A stretch of 64,000 nt of DNA from contig JBHGNT010000006.1 in assembly GCA_043228905.1 (NCBI GenBank), positions 1,426,001-1,490,000 on the forward strand, in the 5' to 3' direction. Below, piece after piece: positions 31,237 through 45,500 of the stretch. The stretch is from Azolla caroliniana. Its lineage: Eukaryota; Plantae; Polypodiophyta. Each line of letters opens with the position of its first letter. The first letter of the stretch is position 1. Below the pieces are notes generated by a model. The model had not been told where the DNA came from and searched no databases. It was given only the letters and a program-made list of their open reading frames with translations. The position numbers and the translations under genes are program-made.

Positions 31237-32303
31237 CAAGACCATGGAATTGCTATCATAGCTCACTGCATGTTTTGTACACTCCATGGGCTCGTTTTAA
31301 TAACGGCTATATGTGTTCACATAACAATATAAAAATTCCTCCCTTGAGCAGGAGGAACGATATGTAACAAATTTACATGGATTATTGTGTTCTGACCACA
31401 GGCATCTATATGTACTATAAATAACAATATAAAGATCTTTTCTTTCAGGCAGACATGATGAAATGTAGCAATCTTTAATAGATCATCATATTCAAATCAT
31501 ATTTACCATCTTTATGTGCCTATTGGGCCAATGTTTAGAAAAAGATGCCCTCGTTCACTAAAATGCAAGACCGAATTTGCCATCTTGAATAGCTTTTAAA
31601 AAGGGAACAAAATCAGACAGAAAAGTATACAAAAATTTCTAAGAAATTCCTATAAATTGGTGGTCATTTCTTTACAATTTCCTATGATTTCATAAATGAG
31701 AAGGAAGCACTCGGCTGATTGGTAAATAAAAACTGTGTACACTTGATCTGGATGATAATACTAATTTTCCTATACTCACATTAGTGAAGAAAACACATAG
31801 CAAACATTTGATCAAAGCAACAATCCTATATGAACTTACATCACTCTTTAGGTCATTTGGAAGCTGAAGGAGAAAGGTAGGTGATAAAACCATGCTTTCC
31901 TGCACATAAGAAGACACAGAGCATCCTTCCTTATAAAATTAAAAGTAAAAATCATCTATTTCTCAGTTGTCAAAATCTATTCACGTTTCAGGTACTAATG
32001 TTTGATCTATATGAATATACATATGTTATTGCATACAGCAAGATCTTTCATACGCTGCTCGACAAGAGAGGATGGATATTGCTCTAAGATCAGCGGTGGC
32101 GAAGATCCATCTGATGATCCAGAAGCTCTGGAGATAATTAATACACTATTTCCACTAGGACAATCTCTCTTCTTGTTGAATTTATTCTTCAGAAACAGTA
32201 AAGTGGAAGGATAAGGGGACAGAAAACGATGCCGTTTCATTTGAAAATCATGGAAGGCGAGGGAAGTGGTGGGCGTAGGGAAAAACGTGGAGATCATCAT
32301 CAT
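27481..32303 (-). CDS. Conserved plant protein of unknown function, predicted plastid transit peptide and C-terminal membrane helices. Exons 32303-32037, 31899-31840, 30766-30719, 30612-30483, 29578-29502, 28425-28330, 28240-28170, 27915-27825, 27600-27481
   Basis: GT-AG, phase-consistent model: ...LQLPNDLKSD|LKDAAFALSNGPVQRE|CGELAGEKLVQLSLAWEKGD..|VGRRLIDAGRRFASMGSYDKGELQK|IAKAL..|FGDLQVELTAQK..FAFG|SISWGL..PESSLQFANDNA..|SLRGALLLLGF...SADE*. It resembles a land-plant family I cannot name reliably. Confidence 0.88.
29554..30005. repeat. Tandem triplication, 150-bp unit, overlapping an exon 5 splice acceptor
   Basis: Units start at 29554, 29704 and 29854 (gcatcaat.aatc.ccttccaa...gatggaacc.aagctagcttc..caagtaaaatgtcac). 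Confidence 0.9.
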
Positions 32304-34229
32304 CGACGCTATCTAGCCTCTGCTCTCTGTATCTATCTGGACATGAAAGCTTCAGTCTACTTCCACTTGTCACTGGCGGATGATGATGAGAAGTTCAAAA
32401 AAGATATCTCTTTGGTTTAGACATGAAAAGCTTCTGTTGTATTAGAAGATGAGAGGTTCAACATTACATTTGTTGAATTGGGTGATTAAATTTCAAGGGG
32501 TTCATCCGCTTCATTCATAGTACTCGGACATTCCTATGGTATATGTACATATTCTCGGCCCCTCTCCTCTCACAGTTGGCGAATGGGTGAGAACCCAAAT
32601 TCTAGCATGAGACACTCGCCCAAAAACTAATTCGATTAACCTTCCCAATACCATGTAGCCCCAAAGAAATTCAATTAACTTGCCTAAAAACCTCGTTTCA
32701 TAGTCAATGTATATATTGTAGATTGTAGTTTAGTTTGTCATTTCACTCCTTGAGTTTTCTTTCCTATACCCAATTAGTGTTGATTTTGGAATTATTGATA
32801 TCGCCCTATCAATATGCCTGTACGATCAATGTGTTCCATTTGTCCACCCTATCTCCGTAAACCATCACTGCATATATTTGTAGTTCCATTTGTCCATCCT
32901 ATACCCGAGTTGTTCTACAATTGAGTATTGACAATTTTTTTGTATTTTACATTTTAGCCATGTATCTTCTTAAGACATGGGGAATTTCATAAGGATGGGT
33001 TGGTTGGTTCCATTTGAGACCTTAGATTAACGTGAAATATAGCTTTTATGAACCCAAACATTAACTTCAATTTTACAAAATTTTGTTATGGAATCAAGAT
33101 TCACGCTTTAAGCCCCCCTCTTTGAGAGTCTTGTTGCCCCGTCATGATTAATTTCATAACTTTGTCTTTTGATTGAATGCTTCACGTGTTTTTTCCCACA
33201 AAAGAAACATTCAAGTCTACTCTTTAGATTTACGCATAGATTTGATACTAATGGCAATGCACCTCTCCGTAAGTAACTCTCCACACAAAGATACATTAAG
33301 AATACATGCCACATTAATAAAGGTCCAAGATTGGTGATCGCTTGATAATCCAAATAAGGGTTTCCCCTCCTATTTATGGGCTTGTAAGAGTGCACTTGTA
33401 ATTTGAAGCTCCAATCTCTCAATATTGGCCTTTCACACTTCACTTCGAGTGCCTATCCCGTACGTAACAAATACCCTCGTCTTCCTCTTCTTTTCTTTGT
33501 GTTGAGCATTGCTCAGTTCAAAGTCCAATGCATGTCTTTCTTTTCTTTTAACTATGTTGGTTTTTTTTTCATTCCATTTCAGTTACTCCTTTAATTCCTT
33601 TGCCTATGCTCTTAATGTATTCTTTCCTTGACTTAAACATTTTCTTCTAGTGTCTTGATCCATTCATTAAAACCATGCAATCTTGTATCTCATGTTTCCT
33701 TATCCTTTTGCAAATGTTGATATGATTTGGAAACACTCTTAGGCTATAATATTCCACCTAGAGATGCTTAGACAACTACAAACATCAAACCTCTTCATTT
33801 CCACATGTCTTTATCTTCGGGGTCAATACTTATCTTTTCTCATGCTAACTTATTTGCGCTATCAAGAGGCATAACCTTAATCAATACAAGTGCTTGCTTT
33901 TTTCTTCGTCAACTCAATATCGTCTAGTCTACATTCCATGATTCGTGCAAGGTAGCATATGCATATATGTACATCAAGCAAGCATATGCAGTAGTAGCAT
34001 TGCTTTCATCCAAGTTTACCAGTTGTTCAAAGGCCCACCTCCCGAGATCGAAATTTGTTAGCTCTCGACGAGCACCTAAAAAGCTGACCATAGATGAAGA
34101 CAATCCAAGAGTGGCAAATTCTCAATGGGAAAACACCCAACGTGGCTAAACATATGGCTCATGCAAGTATAGTGTTCAATAGTTGGAGAAAGGCAATACA
34201 TACTACTCATCTTAATGATACACATTTGC

Positions 34230-34700
34230 CCTGTTTTCAATTAACATTATTAACCACACGCTGACAACAAGACAATAAATGTGACCATGTTGGGCACATC
34301 TTTTGATACCATTTTGTTGAATGAAACAAAAACATGTTAAACATGGTCAAATTGGGCATAGATGTTAATATCAATGCATTATTCCAAGAGACACTATAAT
34401 GCTCCAAAAGATTACCCAACTCTTGTTTTACTTTTACAAGAGTGCCCCAATTTACTACGTACATGTCCACAAGCCCAATGTCAAGCACATAATCTATAAC
34501 AAATAAACATTCTTGTTCATCTCTGGATGTATCTCTTCTCCCGTTGTAGTTGATCCTATGCTCCCACAACCTTTTAACTATATGAGCAAAAGCGGTTGAA
34601 TCTAGGGTAAGACCCTCCCTCATCTTGCATTCCCCTCAATGCAGTGAATCTAAATGCCTCCTCAACAACCTAAAACCATGGTTTGGTGTTAACCAACTCT
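34230..34700 (-). pseudogene. Decayed PLS-PPR fragment
   Basis: MREGLTLDSTAFAHIVK (L motif), GLVDMY (S motif) and VSWNNALI (P motif), with disruptions. Confidence 0.65.
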
Positions 34701-34909
34701 ATATATCATCTTGCACATCTAGTTTAAAACTTCATCGAAAATTAGATTCGTTGATGTCCTCATATGCATCGAACAACTAGTTATCATACAATGAAGGTTG
34801 TCCTTTACGCAATAGTCTATCATCATACCATCCCATGTGCATGGAACAAATAATGACTTTTGAATGCTAATGTTGAGATTGATGACTTATAGTGATTCAC
34901 GAGCCATGA

Positions 34910-35830
34910 AACGCGGCTTGCAGGTCAGCTCAGGTGGGACCATAGGGGTCTCGGACCAAGGAGCTTGAGAATGAGCGGTGGTTGAGGTTTGTAGTGACTG
35001 GTTCGGCATGAATACCAGGGTTGTTTAACGAGTGCACCGGCTTTGTCACCGGATTCCAGAAGGTGAGCACACAGGATCTCAAACACCATGGGTAAGCGAA
35101 GAGCAAAGGAGGGAAGAACAACGCCTCCCCTAACACCACAAATGAGATACGAAAGTTTACACAACATAGAGAAACCAAAGCAGGAAACACAAAGAGAGAG
35201 TACCCAGATACAACAATACCAAATAATCAATTAAAGACAGAGATAAATACAAAGCCAAGGCCTTCGGCCGGTTAGTAGAGCTTCAAGCTCTTTAGACACA
35301 CACGCACACACTAGTGAGCCTCTGGACGGGAGCACACAGACTTCCTACACAAGCAAAGGCCTCACCCTACCTAACCGAATCGATAAAACGGGAACTCCTA
35401 AAGCACTCAGCAACCCAATCCAACAACACCTTCCCCTCCCTAAAACGACCGATCCTCCAAAACAAATTCTTTCCCTCCGTTTATAGCCCAAGAAGGGTCT
35501 GTTACATTAGTTGCCAGCCCCTTCTGCTCGAGATCCTCTCCATGATTTCCTCCCATCACTCCCCTATAATTCCCTTTTTTTCTGGGATTATAAAAGTACC
35601 CTATTAAACACTCTTCCTAGTACTTATTAATACTTTGATATTTACATTTGTTTGTATGTAAGACTCATTTCATGTGCATCCTTGTACATCTTCCTAGTAC
35701 TTATTAATACTTTGATATTTACATTTGTTTGTATGTAAGATTCATTTCATGTGCATCCTTGCACACCCTTGTTCGCATGCATCCGACGGACTTTTCCCCC
35801 TAGTGGCCGGAATCCTCCACGACAACGTGT
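34910..35830. mobile_element. Probable LTR-derived insertion with an internal ~78-bp tandem duplication (35611-35765)
   Basis: Abrupt GC-richer block; tcttcctagtacttattaatactttgatatttac...gtgcatccttg x2; I could not fix termini or TSD. Confidence 0.35.
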
Positions 35831-36536
35831 GTCTAGAAACTATACCTTGAGAAACTAAATCAATTCTCCTACAAAGCATGGAAAGTTAGACAACATTATG
35901 TCAAAAACTATTGCTTGACATGTTGAAATCAATTACGTGAGTGCTTATTTGGAACCTAAACATCGTCTTAGTACTTAAACTAAACAATGGCTTTGTCATA
36001 TAACATGCTAGATGTCAAACAAATAAGGTCGATAATCAAGTGAAAAGAGGGCGATTAAGCATACTTTAAATTCAATAATAAAGAGGTTAAAGGAGGACAT
36101 TTGCCATAAATTCATATGGAAAAGCATAATTATGCAACTTAAGATCACATATGTAATCAAAAGCGGGATTTTTTTTTTTGCGAAAATTTGTCATCGCCAT
36201 AATTTCACTTGGAAAAGAAGACGGACATTTAAACTTAAGATTGACTAATGACCAAAAGAGGTCATTGTTGAGAAAAATTAAGGCCGACAATTAGGTCAAA
36301 AAAAGGGCATCACCGAACAATTGAAGATCAGGATATCGAGTAAGAAGAAAGGGGCAGGAACAGCCTACAGGGCGGGCGCCGGCCGATTAGAAAGGCCAAA
36401 CTCAAAGGAGAGGGACACACACAAACACACACAGAGCGAGAGACCAACAGGAAGCACAGCGCAAAAGCAACAGTTCAACGACATTCGGAAAAAATGGGAC
36501 CTGCCCGCTGAAGCAGAGACACCATCTCTTCCCAAC

Positions 36537-39500
36537 ATGATCGCTTCGCTTGGCGTCTCCTCGCCGCTCCTTCTGAAGAATTATCTCTTCCTGGGCCTCG
36601 CTTCCGCCTCTTTTCACGCCACCTCAATCTGCCATGACAAACGTGCCAACAAATTCGGATCGGTAAGTCCTTGGGTTTTTTTCTTGTCCTTTTCATCTAT
36701 GACTAGATTGATTCACGAGAAAAATGGATTCAATTCCTTTGGTTGATTAAGAGGGCTCTCTAATTCATATTCAAGTGTTTATGTGTGTGTGTGTGCGTGA
36801 TCATCTCCGAAATTGATATCGAAAACAAGTAGGCCCGATAAAATGGCATCTATATAGCGTGTTTTATATGCATGAAAATCCTGTAGTTACATTAGAAAAA
36901 ACAGTTCCTATGAAATTGAAACTATTTATTATTAACCATCAAGTCCTGAGGTTTTTTCCTTCATATACATGGCCAAATTGGTTGATTAAACAGAGTGGGT
37001 TCAAATTTTAGTTGACGACTGGCTCAACGATTTGCCTCTCTTCATGCCCATGCTTGTCATCATATGCCATTCAATTATGAGGATGTTGCTCCTTATACTT
37101 GGTGGTCGGGTTCATTTGTGCCTCTTTGGCCTTGGTGTCTACCACCATCACCATTGTCTGAATATTTGCTTCAAGCATTTTCACATGCACTTGGGAAGGA
37201 TTTTCTCTGGTAGGACCTGGTCAACTGTCTTTTGGAGTTGTTTGAGTCAGTCTTCCTTGGCAGGGGCCATGAGGACAGATGTAACCTATGCATGCCTTCA
37301 AAAATGTGCGAGGAAGCTGATCCACTATAACATCCAATGGTATTATACTTGGGAGGGATTTTCTCTGGTAGGATCTGGTGAACTGTCTCTTGAAGTTGCT
37401 TGACTCAATCTTCCTCGGTGGGTGCCATGGGACAGATGTAACCTACACTGTAACATCCCAGGATATTATACATCATATCTGCTACTAAAAGAGAGAGAGC
37501 GTAAGCAAATTAGTGGACAAGGGCCCAAAATTTGAGAGCATGATTTGTTGAGAGCCTTCATGAAAGAATAAGAGGAATTTGAAATCCATATTTGCTTTTT
37601 CCAAAGCAAAAAGTCATTGCCCTTAAGCAAATTATTTGTATCCATGGCTGGAGTCCCAATCACCTCTGTTTTGTTTTGAATAGTTCTAAAAATTCTAACT
37701 TTGGGATAAGACCTTGTAAATCTTCAAGGTTGATGACGATTCAATCAATCATCGGAAAGAGTGTATATTACATATTAACCCCGACAAACACATTTTCGAG
37801 CTTCAACACCATGAAGGCAATTGAGATAGCTTACCATATTCCTTCACTTTCTATCTTGAAAACGAGTGACAGGCTATGACAATCCCTGCCGAGACACATG
37901 TTGATGGTGTTGATGTGATGAATGGATTGTGATTCACCATGACATTTGCATGCGTACAATGGCATTCTTTGCCACTTCTACATGTGATGATCCAAATCAA
38001 TCATTTAGCGATGGTTGAAAGCACTTGTAAAAAAGACATATTAATCCCCACAAGTACATTTTCCAGCTTCAAAACTATGAAGGTGATTGAGATTCCTTAT
38101 CATAATCTTTCGCTTCTCTATCTTTGATATAATTGATACAGCGTTGTGACAATCCCTATAGATACACATTTTGTTCACAAATATATTGTTTCACCAAGTT
38201 TTGTATTTATGAGGGCACAAGGAATAGCCAAATTATCACTATGCCCACATAACACACCCAAAATGTTTTGCAATATCCACCACACCTTTGGGAATGTCCT
38301 TCATGTGACATTATCAGAGAAACAGCTTCAATTTTAGCATAAATATCCTTGCATCGAGAGCATTGAGTATTGCCTCCAATGAGTACGGAATGCAATTTTC
38401 CACTTGTGTCAAGTCACAAACTATTTTCTTGTCTTTCTGAAGCAGCGTATTTCAGTCTCATGGCTTCAACTTTTTTTGCATCCTCTTGTATGCCAGCAGC
38501 TCCGAATATTTTAGTCATTGCTGTAGCACAAGTATTATCTAGTTGTACTGGTTGATCAAAAGTCAATATTCCAAGATTCAAATTTCCCCATTTTCTACAA
38601 GAACTCAATAATGCAAGCAATATAGGATAATCTGAAAAGAGCATCACTTTGATCACAAACAGTATCTTGTCAAACAATTAGCACAACCAAAGACTACTAC
38701 CATGCGAGTATGATGATGCTCAGAGTACAGAATAATGCCATATTTTCTGCTCATATTCCCAAAAGCATTCAAGCTTCCTCCATTAGTTCAGAGTGACTAC
38801 ATGCACTCAAGACAGATAAAAATGTGACTGCATTTCAGAGAGTAACCTTCAGCTTGTATTCTTTAAAATCAACTTAAAGCTTTTTTACCTTGCTGTTTTG
38901 AATAACTAGAAATTAGCGCAGACAAAGAGCCAGCATACGGATCAAACTTCTATTTTCAATCAACCCTATTTTCATGAGATCTTGTTGTAATTTAGCTGCT
39001 TTCTCAATGTTCTCTTGGTACAAGACTTTAATCAATGCCAAAAGAGCAGAACCATCAGTACCATTTTGACCACCATTGCTTACGTCATCATGTGACATTT
39101 TCACTCTTTTGCTTAGCTCCTCAGAAACTCAAAATCGAGCATATGGTCCATTGGTCCACAAAGATTCATCGTTCATTTTGTGTATAAGTTCCAGTGATCT
39201 AGAGCTCAATATATGGAAAACGGCAAGACCTCTCTCTATCTCTCTCAAGATGTAACGTCTTGTTTGGTTTTATAGGTCATTTTGGCCTCATAAAAGATGT
39301 TAATATTGTTTTCTTCTTTCCTTCTTGTAGATGTTAATATATCATCATGATCATAATATCTCCCTCTCCCTCTCTCTCGTAGAGGTTAATACCATCATGA
39401 TCATGATCTCTCTCAATCTTAAAAGATGTTAATATAACATCATATGTCTCTCACACACACATCCTTGCTTCTGCGATGATGGTGCCAGAGAGAAGGATCT

Positions 39501-42500
39501 GCAAAGTACTCCTTCCATATCTTTTGCTGATGTCTCGACATTTTTTCCTGCATATCTTTCATTTCTTTGATTACCCCTGTTCAGATATTTTGTCATAATC
39601 ATTGGAAGTCATTATTGCGATTTAGTGAAACGAGCTAGTGTCTAAACGGATGTCGCTACTTTTTTTCTTGTTTGTATGAATGAACTGAGCCTCAGTGTTG
39701 GCCATCTGGTGTCCTTTTGTAACCTGATCCTGTGTATAAGGGGTGCCTAATTGCAGCACTTTTCATAACCGTGATATATATGTAAATAGGTAGAAGCAAT
39801 ACAAGGGACAATTTTGGCAATTCAATATTATTGTCTTGTCAGATAGAAAAAGAAACTTTCTTAAACACATTGAGCAATCGTGACATGCGTATGACATATC
39901 TAGCACTTGGTAGTAGGTTCGGGGAGGAGATGAAGATGTGGAAATCTTTGTCAGTCAGGCGTAAGCTTTGTGTCTATTCATGGAACTAGTCAGGTCGACT
40001 ACGGTAGACATGATCTTGGAAGGGTAATCCATGCTAGATTTTCTTTCTATGTGTCTTGATTTTCCTAGGAAGTGGTCCTCAATGGTGACAAAAGGGATTG
40101 TGGAAGCTTGCCAGTATGGCATGAAATTAGGCAACATTTGCTTTTCGGAGAACAATGGAGAGGTATGTGAACATGCCTAGGGGCACATCGGTGATGATGG
40201 ACTGTGAACTCATTGTTGTAGAAATGAGCAGTTACACTTGGTTCATGGAAGTCACATTGTGGTGATCAGACATACACCTTTTGTGGTACTTCATAGTCCT
40301 AACGTTGTAGTCGTTTCTCTCGGGTCGATGCTGTGAATTTCAGCTGGTGTATTTCTAACCCCGTGCTTATAACTACTCCTTTCTTGGTATCTACACAAAT
40401 ATTGCCTACCAGCTCACTAGTTAGTTTACTTGAAGGCCACCTGTGACTCCACTTATGGTGACACCTGGATCCTAACTGAAGGGTTGCTTGACTGATATCT
40501 TGCTTGATCATTTACTTGAACCTCTTATCTTTTCCTCTTGCTGTGCTTCTCACACCCTTACTGATTTTACTACCTTGACAATTGTACCTTACCCCAAGTT
40601 AGGTGGTGCTTAGATTTGTTTGGTAGGGAATCTCATACCAATATGCTGACTATCCATCTTAGTACTAATGGCGCTCCGTGCCAAGAGGTTATCCAACCCC
40701 TGTTTAAATAATTTACAGATTGCCCTTAGTTTGGCGTAACATTTATGAGCACTCTCACTCTCAGTTAACTATAGACACAATATAACACAATCAAAAGGAT
40801 AGAAAGATGTTCTTGATTGTATAGAATAAGTTTGTATCAAATAACTTGTCAACCTTGAAATTCTAACTTTTGCATGCATCCCTATGTTACATTAGCCAAT
40901 TTTATAGTAGTTTGGTAAGTCATCTTCTCGCCACCTAGCTTTAGAGTTAGATATGTTGGTCACTAGACCAACAATATCTCTTTAAAATGGTACCCTTCCT
41001 ATTTAAGGAACCTTTATTTCTTGTTCTGTATCATACACTCTATCTAATATACAAATTATGGCCTTTTGGCCAAGTTCACACCCATTGGACGACAATAGGC
41101 ATAGTTTGGGTTCATATTGTAGTAATATTGTTGGATCGAGGTGGAATTTCTTTTTAGGTAGATTTGATGCCTGTAAAATTGGGGATCCAACCCTTGCATG
41201 TCCTCATAGGACCATGTGAACATGATCAAATAGTAGTTGACCAAGGTGATGAGGTGTTGGAGTGGTTGTAGATCCTTGGCAATTATCAAAGGCCAGACGT
41301 TAGTGTTAGTCTTGAGGTTGATTTCCTTGAGAGTAGTGCATTGGGAGATTTGCTTTTCCCGGTCAAGCACTTCACATGCTAGGTTGAGTTTTGGTATGTT
41401 GTCAAGCGCAATAGTCGACATGGCAGCAATACAGAGTGGTGGATACTGATAAGGATGCACCACTAAAGGGCTTCAATCTCGAAGAGAGGAGTAAGCATTC
41501 CATGGTTGGCCATATATGCTTTGAGATCCTCATCATCTAGTCCTTCTAACATATTATGCTTTAGGCATGCAGGGGAATAGGGACCTCCTTTGCTAATTGA
41601 GGAGCTTAAGTGTTGTTTGCACCATCTTGTGATTTCTTGACTTAGGGTAACCAAAATTGGGGAGGATAGATCTATCTACTTGGTATTAGGGTTAAGGGTA
41701 AAAAGGAAAGCTCAAGGTGTTAAGCCACCATTACTATTGTAATAAATCTATATACTCATTAATCAAGATTTTTTCATGTAAATATTGGGTTGAATCAATC
41801 AATTAATATGTATCTAAGAATTTGATTCTTTGCGCTTTCTGAAATGTCTGCCTAATCTCTGCAGCTGGCTTAATCTTTGCATTCCTCTCCCTACTCTCTA
41901 TGTTTCTCCAACCTAATCCTTGTATTCATTGTCCTAAACATCATAGAATCCAAATGGATGGGGAATGAAGATATGGTTTTGAACACCCATGAAGATGGTC
42001 TAGACCAATGGAGAACCACAAGAAGATACTGTAGACGTAGAGGATGAGATAGAAGACCAACCCATGTAGTCCCCGAAGGGCACACAAGGCACCCAAAATT
42101 CAAGTTATTAGATGTTGAAGGGAAAGGTGATCTCTTCCGTCATTTGATCACACAAGAGATCAATTGTATGAGAAATGACATAGAAAGAGCCTTGAAAGAG
42201 GAAATGCATAAGGAGATAGAGAAATAGAAAAAAGAGTTGTATGCCATTCTCAAGATAAAGTTATTGGAATCTATACAAAAGACATCAAAAGTCTTGTAAA
42301 GAAATTTAACTTAAGGATGATACTTCATAGTACCTAAAGGATGAAATATCCTCAAATAAGGTCGAACTCATAGTTAGTAAAAGTTGATCTACAAAAGGAC
42401 AAGAAATAGTGGAAAATGCAGAGCTAGCGAATGTAAATAAGGAAATGCAAACATGAGCACCGATGGCCAAGGCTGCCAAAGCTCAAACTGAGCATCCTCA

Positions 42501-45500
42501 CATGAAGCAACTCACCCTAGATTGAGTTTGTGAAAAAACAAAAAGGAAGATCGGTGCATAAGATGGAAATGATGAACACTACATTAGAAGAAGAAGCTAA
42601 GGTACAAAATGGTTTATTGAGCTGAAAAAGGAAGCCCACAAAAAGATGCCAAGAATCTTAGCAGAAAGATTGGGGCATCAGATAAATCCATTTTCTTCAG
42701 CATGGAGGGTAAGAAGACATGAGTTTAGAGCTAAAGCCTTGATCATCCGCTTCATGGATATGGAAAAGAAAAAAGCTTTCCTATCTAGGGAAGGGCACTC
42801 AAGTGTCACAATATATTTAGATGATGCTCTCAAACCAGCTCAACTAACACATTGCAAAGAAAACATGCCACGAGTCCTCAACACAAGAAAGGAAGAAAAT
42901 CAGTTGTATGTAGAGATGAGAAGGTCATCATTATAGAGAAGAGAGCCTCATGACGTTTATGGCCTATGAGACCTTGTGCATGTCTACAAAGAATCACAAT
43001 GGCTTTGTAAGGATAGATGTCTGGTATTTTGTGAAGAACACAAATATTGCAATGTATACAGAGAGTTTGGCTCTCTAAGGATAGATGTCAGGTATTTTGA
43101 ATATATCTTCAAGAACACAAATATTAGAATTAGAATTAGAATTTTTATCGTCCATAAAGAGGCCAAATTTGACCTATGGGACCAGAGTATACATGTGTTC
43201 TTGATATGTGTCTCCTTCCTAAGAAGGGGTATTCATACATTGAAGCACAAAGTCTCTATGTGTGAATAAACCATACACATATGAGCTCAACCTTCTTGGT
43301 AGTGTCTTAGGTATGGCACTTAAGTTATTACTCCCTCTTAGTATGTCAACCTATCTTGAACGAATTGCACTATATGTCGAGCATGTGAAGAGCAAATGAC
43401 ATTCATCCTCTACCATGCCTTTATTGCATACTTTGCATGTCCTCAAACTAGTTACATTTTGATACCATGATGCAACTTCAATACCTAACTTGTGAGATTG
43501 AGTGCGAAGTAGTGGAAAGGCTCTATGAGCATTACTACTCATATTGGTAATGAGATAGGTTGGATACGATCAATAGGCATTCTTGCTTTATATTGAGACC
43601 ACCATTCAGGGTTGACATTTGCAATGTAGTATTCTAGCTTTGTCCTCTTAGCATCTTCCCACATCATTCTTAATGATTCCACCAACCTTTCCTCAATCAT
43701 TACATATTGCATAACATTGCCCAAAAGTTCTAAAAGATCATCCAAACCCCATCTTCTAAACCATTTCCTTATGTCAACAACCCAACCGGATGAGAGAATC
43801 TTACTTTTATGATTCTTTTGTAGCTTACATCTAGCATTCTAAGCAAGATGTGGCAATCGATGATTCGGCATATTCTTGACTTTTGTAATGTATTTTAATA
43901 CTCTTTGGAGTGCCAATAGTTCTATGGATCAAACACTTGTTTCCAAGAGCATAACCTGGTAAGAGGTAGTGCATTTAACTCTTAATTGCCTCCTTAAAAA
44001 CATCTTTTGAATTTTCTCAATCTCATTCCATGCATTTAGAGAGATGGTGCCACCCCATACTTCTACTCCATAAAGCAATACTTGAGCTACCATGGCATTG
44101 AACAACATTAGTTCTACTTCCCATCCACAAGTATCACTTTGGTTGCATTGGTTCTCCAAAAGGTAATACGATTTCCAACTGGCTTGGAGCCTAGAATCAA
44201 AGCATGCACTCCATTTATTTGTGGCGGGTACATCAATACCAAGATATTTAAAGCTTCGAACAAATTGTATATGTTCACCTCTATATGTGAGCATAGGGTA
44301 ATAATGAGGTTGGATGGTTTGCACTGCCATCATTCTTGTTTTCTCTACAATTGCTACATCTAATACCCCAAGTAAAATTTGCATACCATCAACATCATAT
44401 GAGAAGAGTATCACATCATCTGCATTGCAATATATACAGGGACCCGTCAGTGCATTGCTAGTAGACTCCTTGATGTACAAGGATATCGATGGAGCCGGTA
44501 TGTTGTCCCCAACCACGAACACCATGAAGCACTAGAGGCTCCAAAGGGGTGGCTGTGCTGTGCAAAAAGGAACATCATGATTGAGTATATCTTGTGCATA
44601 ATGCACGGTATATATGGATACAAATAAAAAAAGGGAACCCTAGGGACGGGATTTGCTACTTTCCACCTTAGGGAAAGAGGGGACCTAATGGAACTATACA
44701 TGGCAATTTGCTTCTTTCTACTTGCCTACTCGAGGTTTGTATCTCTCGAAGAATCATCATATCAACCATTATATGATGATATCATAAGATCTACTGCTAT
44801 GGGGGATATTATACTTTTAGGTCTTCAATGTCTGAAGTAAGGATAAAGAATAAACTATGTTTGATACTAACGAGGCTATATATGGAGAAGTTATGGCAGA
44901 AGAAGTTGGTCTAAAGTGACAAGCTCAATATGCATAGGTATTATGATATCCCCAGGCATCCTCCACTCCCCTACTTACATGTCTCATGCCCACATGAATA
45001 CAGCCTTTTTACTCCACAAAATGTAAGAGATGCCATTGGTCCGTTACAATTTGGGAAGGCCCAAGATCATGATGAATTGGTAGGTAAGAACTTTATATGT
45101 GCCCACCTTGCTCCGTTGCTACCACGCACCTTTACTAGAACTGTGTGTGAAGGTTTCCCTACGAGTTGGACAGAACATACCATTGTGCCAATCTTCAAGA
45201 GTGGAGACCCCATGATGCTGAGCAGTTTTAGAACAATCATGATTGGCCATTACTCATCTAAACTATATGGTTCGATCCTAGAGTCAGAATGAGTTTATGG
45301 GCAGAGAGAAATGTCTGCCATTCAGCTGGACAGGCAGGCTTTTGGAAGGGGTTCACAACATTGGATCACATATTGACCCTCCGAGCCCTTATTGAGGGCA
45401 AAGCCCATAATAAGAGGTTTTATTGTGGCTTTGTGGATTTCTGAAAAGATGTCAACACTGTACCTCGCGCTTGGCTCATGCATAAGCTAGAAGCCCTTGT

